DNA of 64,000 nucleotides from an uncultured Clostridium sp. (GTDB lineage Bacteria; Bacillota_I; Bacilli_A; Acholeplasmatales; Anaeroplasmataceae): NCBI GenBank assembly GCA_946540005.1, contig CAMNHY010000002.1, positions 2,780 to 66,779 of the forward strand, read 5' to 3'. Shown piece by piece: positions 63,764 to 64,000 of this stretch (position 1 is its first letter; each line of letters starts with the position of its first letter). The notes under the pieces were generated by a model. It saw only the letters and a program-made list of their open reading frames with translations, ran no database searches and was not told where the DNA came from. The position numbers and the translations under genes were made by a program.

Positions 63764-64000
63764 CCTATCCTTTAATCATCTCCCTTTCATCTACAGCTAT
63801 AGATAAAATCTCAGATATATTAATTGCCATAGGAATAGTTGAACTCTTACTTTTAAATACGCCTTTAAGAATTCCAATAACTTTTCCACTCATTTTATCA
63901 ATTATAGGACTACCAGAGAATCCCTCTATAGCCTGTATAGATAAATTAATAATTTTAACACCATCTATTTCTTGATAACTAGAAATCTCTCCTTGATTAA
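63764..64000 (-). CDS. Trypsin-like (S1/S1C) serine peptidase domain protein, C-terminal fragment; the gene starts beyond the window
   Basis: The reverse-strand translation ends ...IEGFSGSPIIDKMSGKVIGILKGVF...DEREMIKG*. GxSGSP followed by GxVIGI is the catalytic-serine block of trypsin-like peptidases. My hand count leaves a 1-nt uncertainty at the window edge. Confidence 0.55.

Noticed and set aside
1-64000. Mycoplasma/Spiroplasma genetic code (TGA = Trp).
   Set aside because: ORFs up to 2545 aa are intact under the standard code, Trp is encoded by TGG, and TGA terminates genes (for example the kinase at 41300-41302). The T4SS resembles mollicute ICEs only in organisation.

Overview
This is a strongly AT-rich, low-GC Bacillota/Mycoplasmatota-like window that uses the standard genetic code: TGA acts as a stop and long ORFs stay intact. 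Every gene I can support lies on the minus strand.

Layout in window coordinates:
- 1-5.1 kb: housekeeping genes, namely a partial metallophosphoesterase, an MBL-fold hydrolase, a P-loop kinase and a phnCDEE phosphonate ABC transporter.
- 5.4-46.9 kb: a large accessory block. It holds six paralogous signal-less proteins that share a C-terminal module. It also holds a minimal conjugative T4SS operon (surface lipoprotein, VirD4-like coupling protein, 2545-aa adhesin, pilin-like protein, lipoprotein, VirB6-like protein, VirB4-like ATPase), further large surface proteins, and a LytS-type histidine kinase paired with a receiver/SARP-like response regulator.
- 47-49.9 kb: a decayed patch with an orphan AbiEi-like gene, a small lipoprotein and an internally deleted rhuM pseudogene.
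- 50-53.1 kb: an SF1 helicase fused to a Vsr/DUF559-like nuclease.
- 53.4-63.2 kb: a compact type III CRISPR-Cas locus. It has three fused-RAMP genes, a 525-aa Cas10 with no HD domain, cas6, cas2, cas1 and a 17-repeat array.
- 63.5-64 kb: an XRE regulator and a partial trypsin-like protease.

Most notable observations:
- Seven promoters in the accessory block carry the same 11-bp-periodic direct repeat at a fixed distance from the -10 box. This implies one regulon covering the T4SS, the surface proteins and the paralog family.
- A G10 tract sits inside a 17-nt promoter spacer, a candidate phase-variation switch.
- The type III effector module is unusually minimal and fused, with no recognisable cOA-dependent effector.
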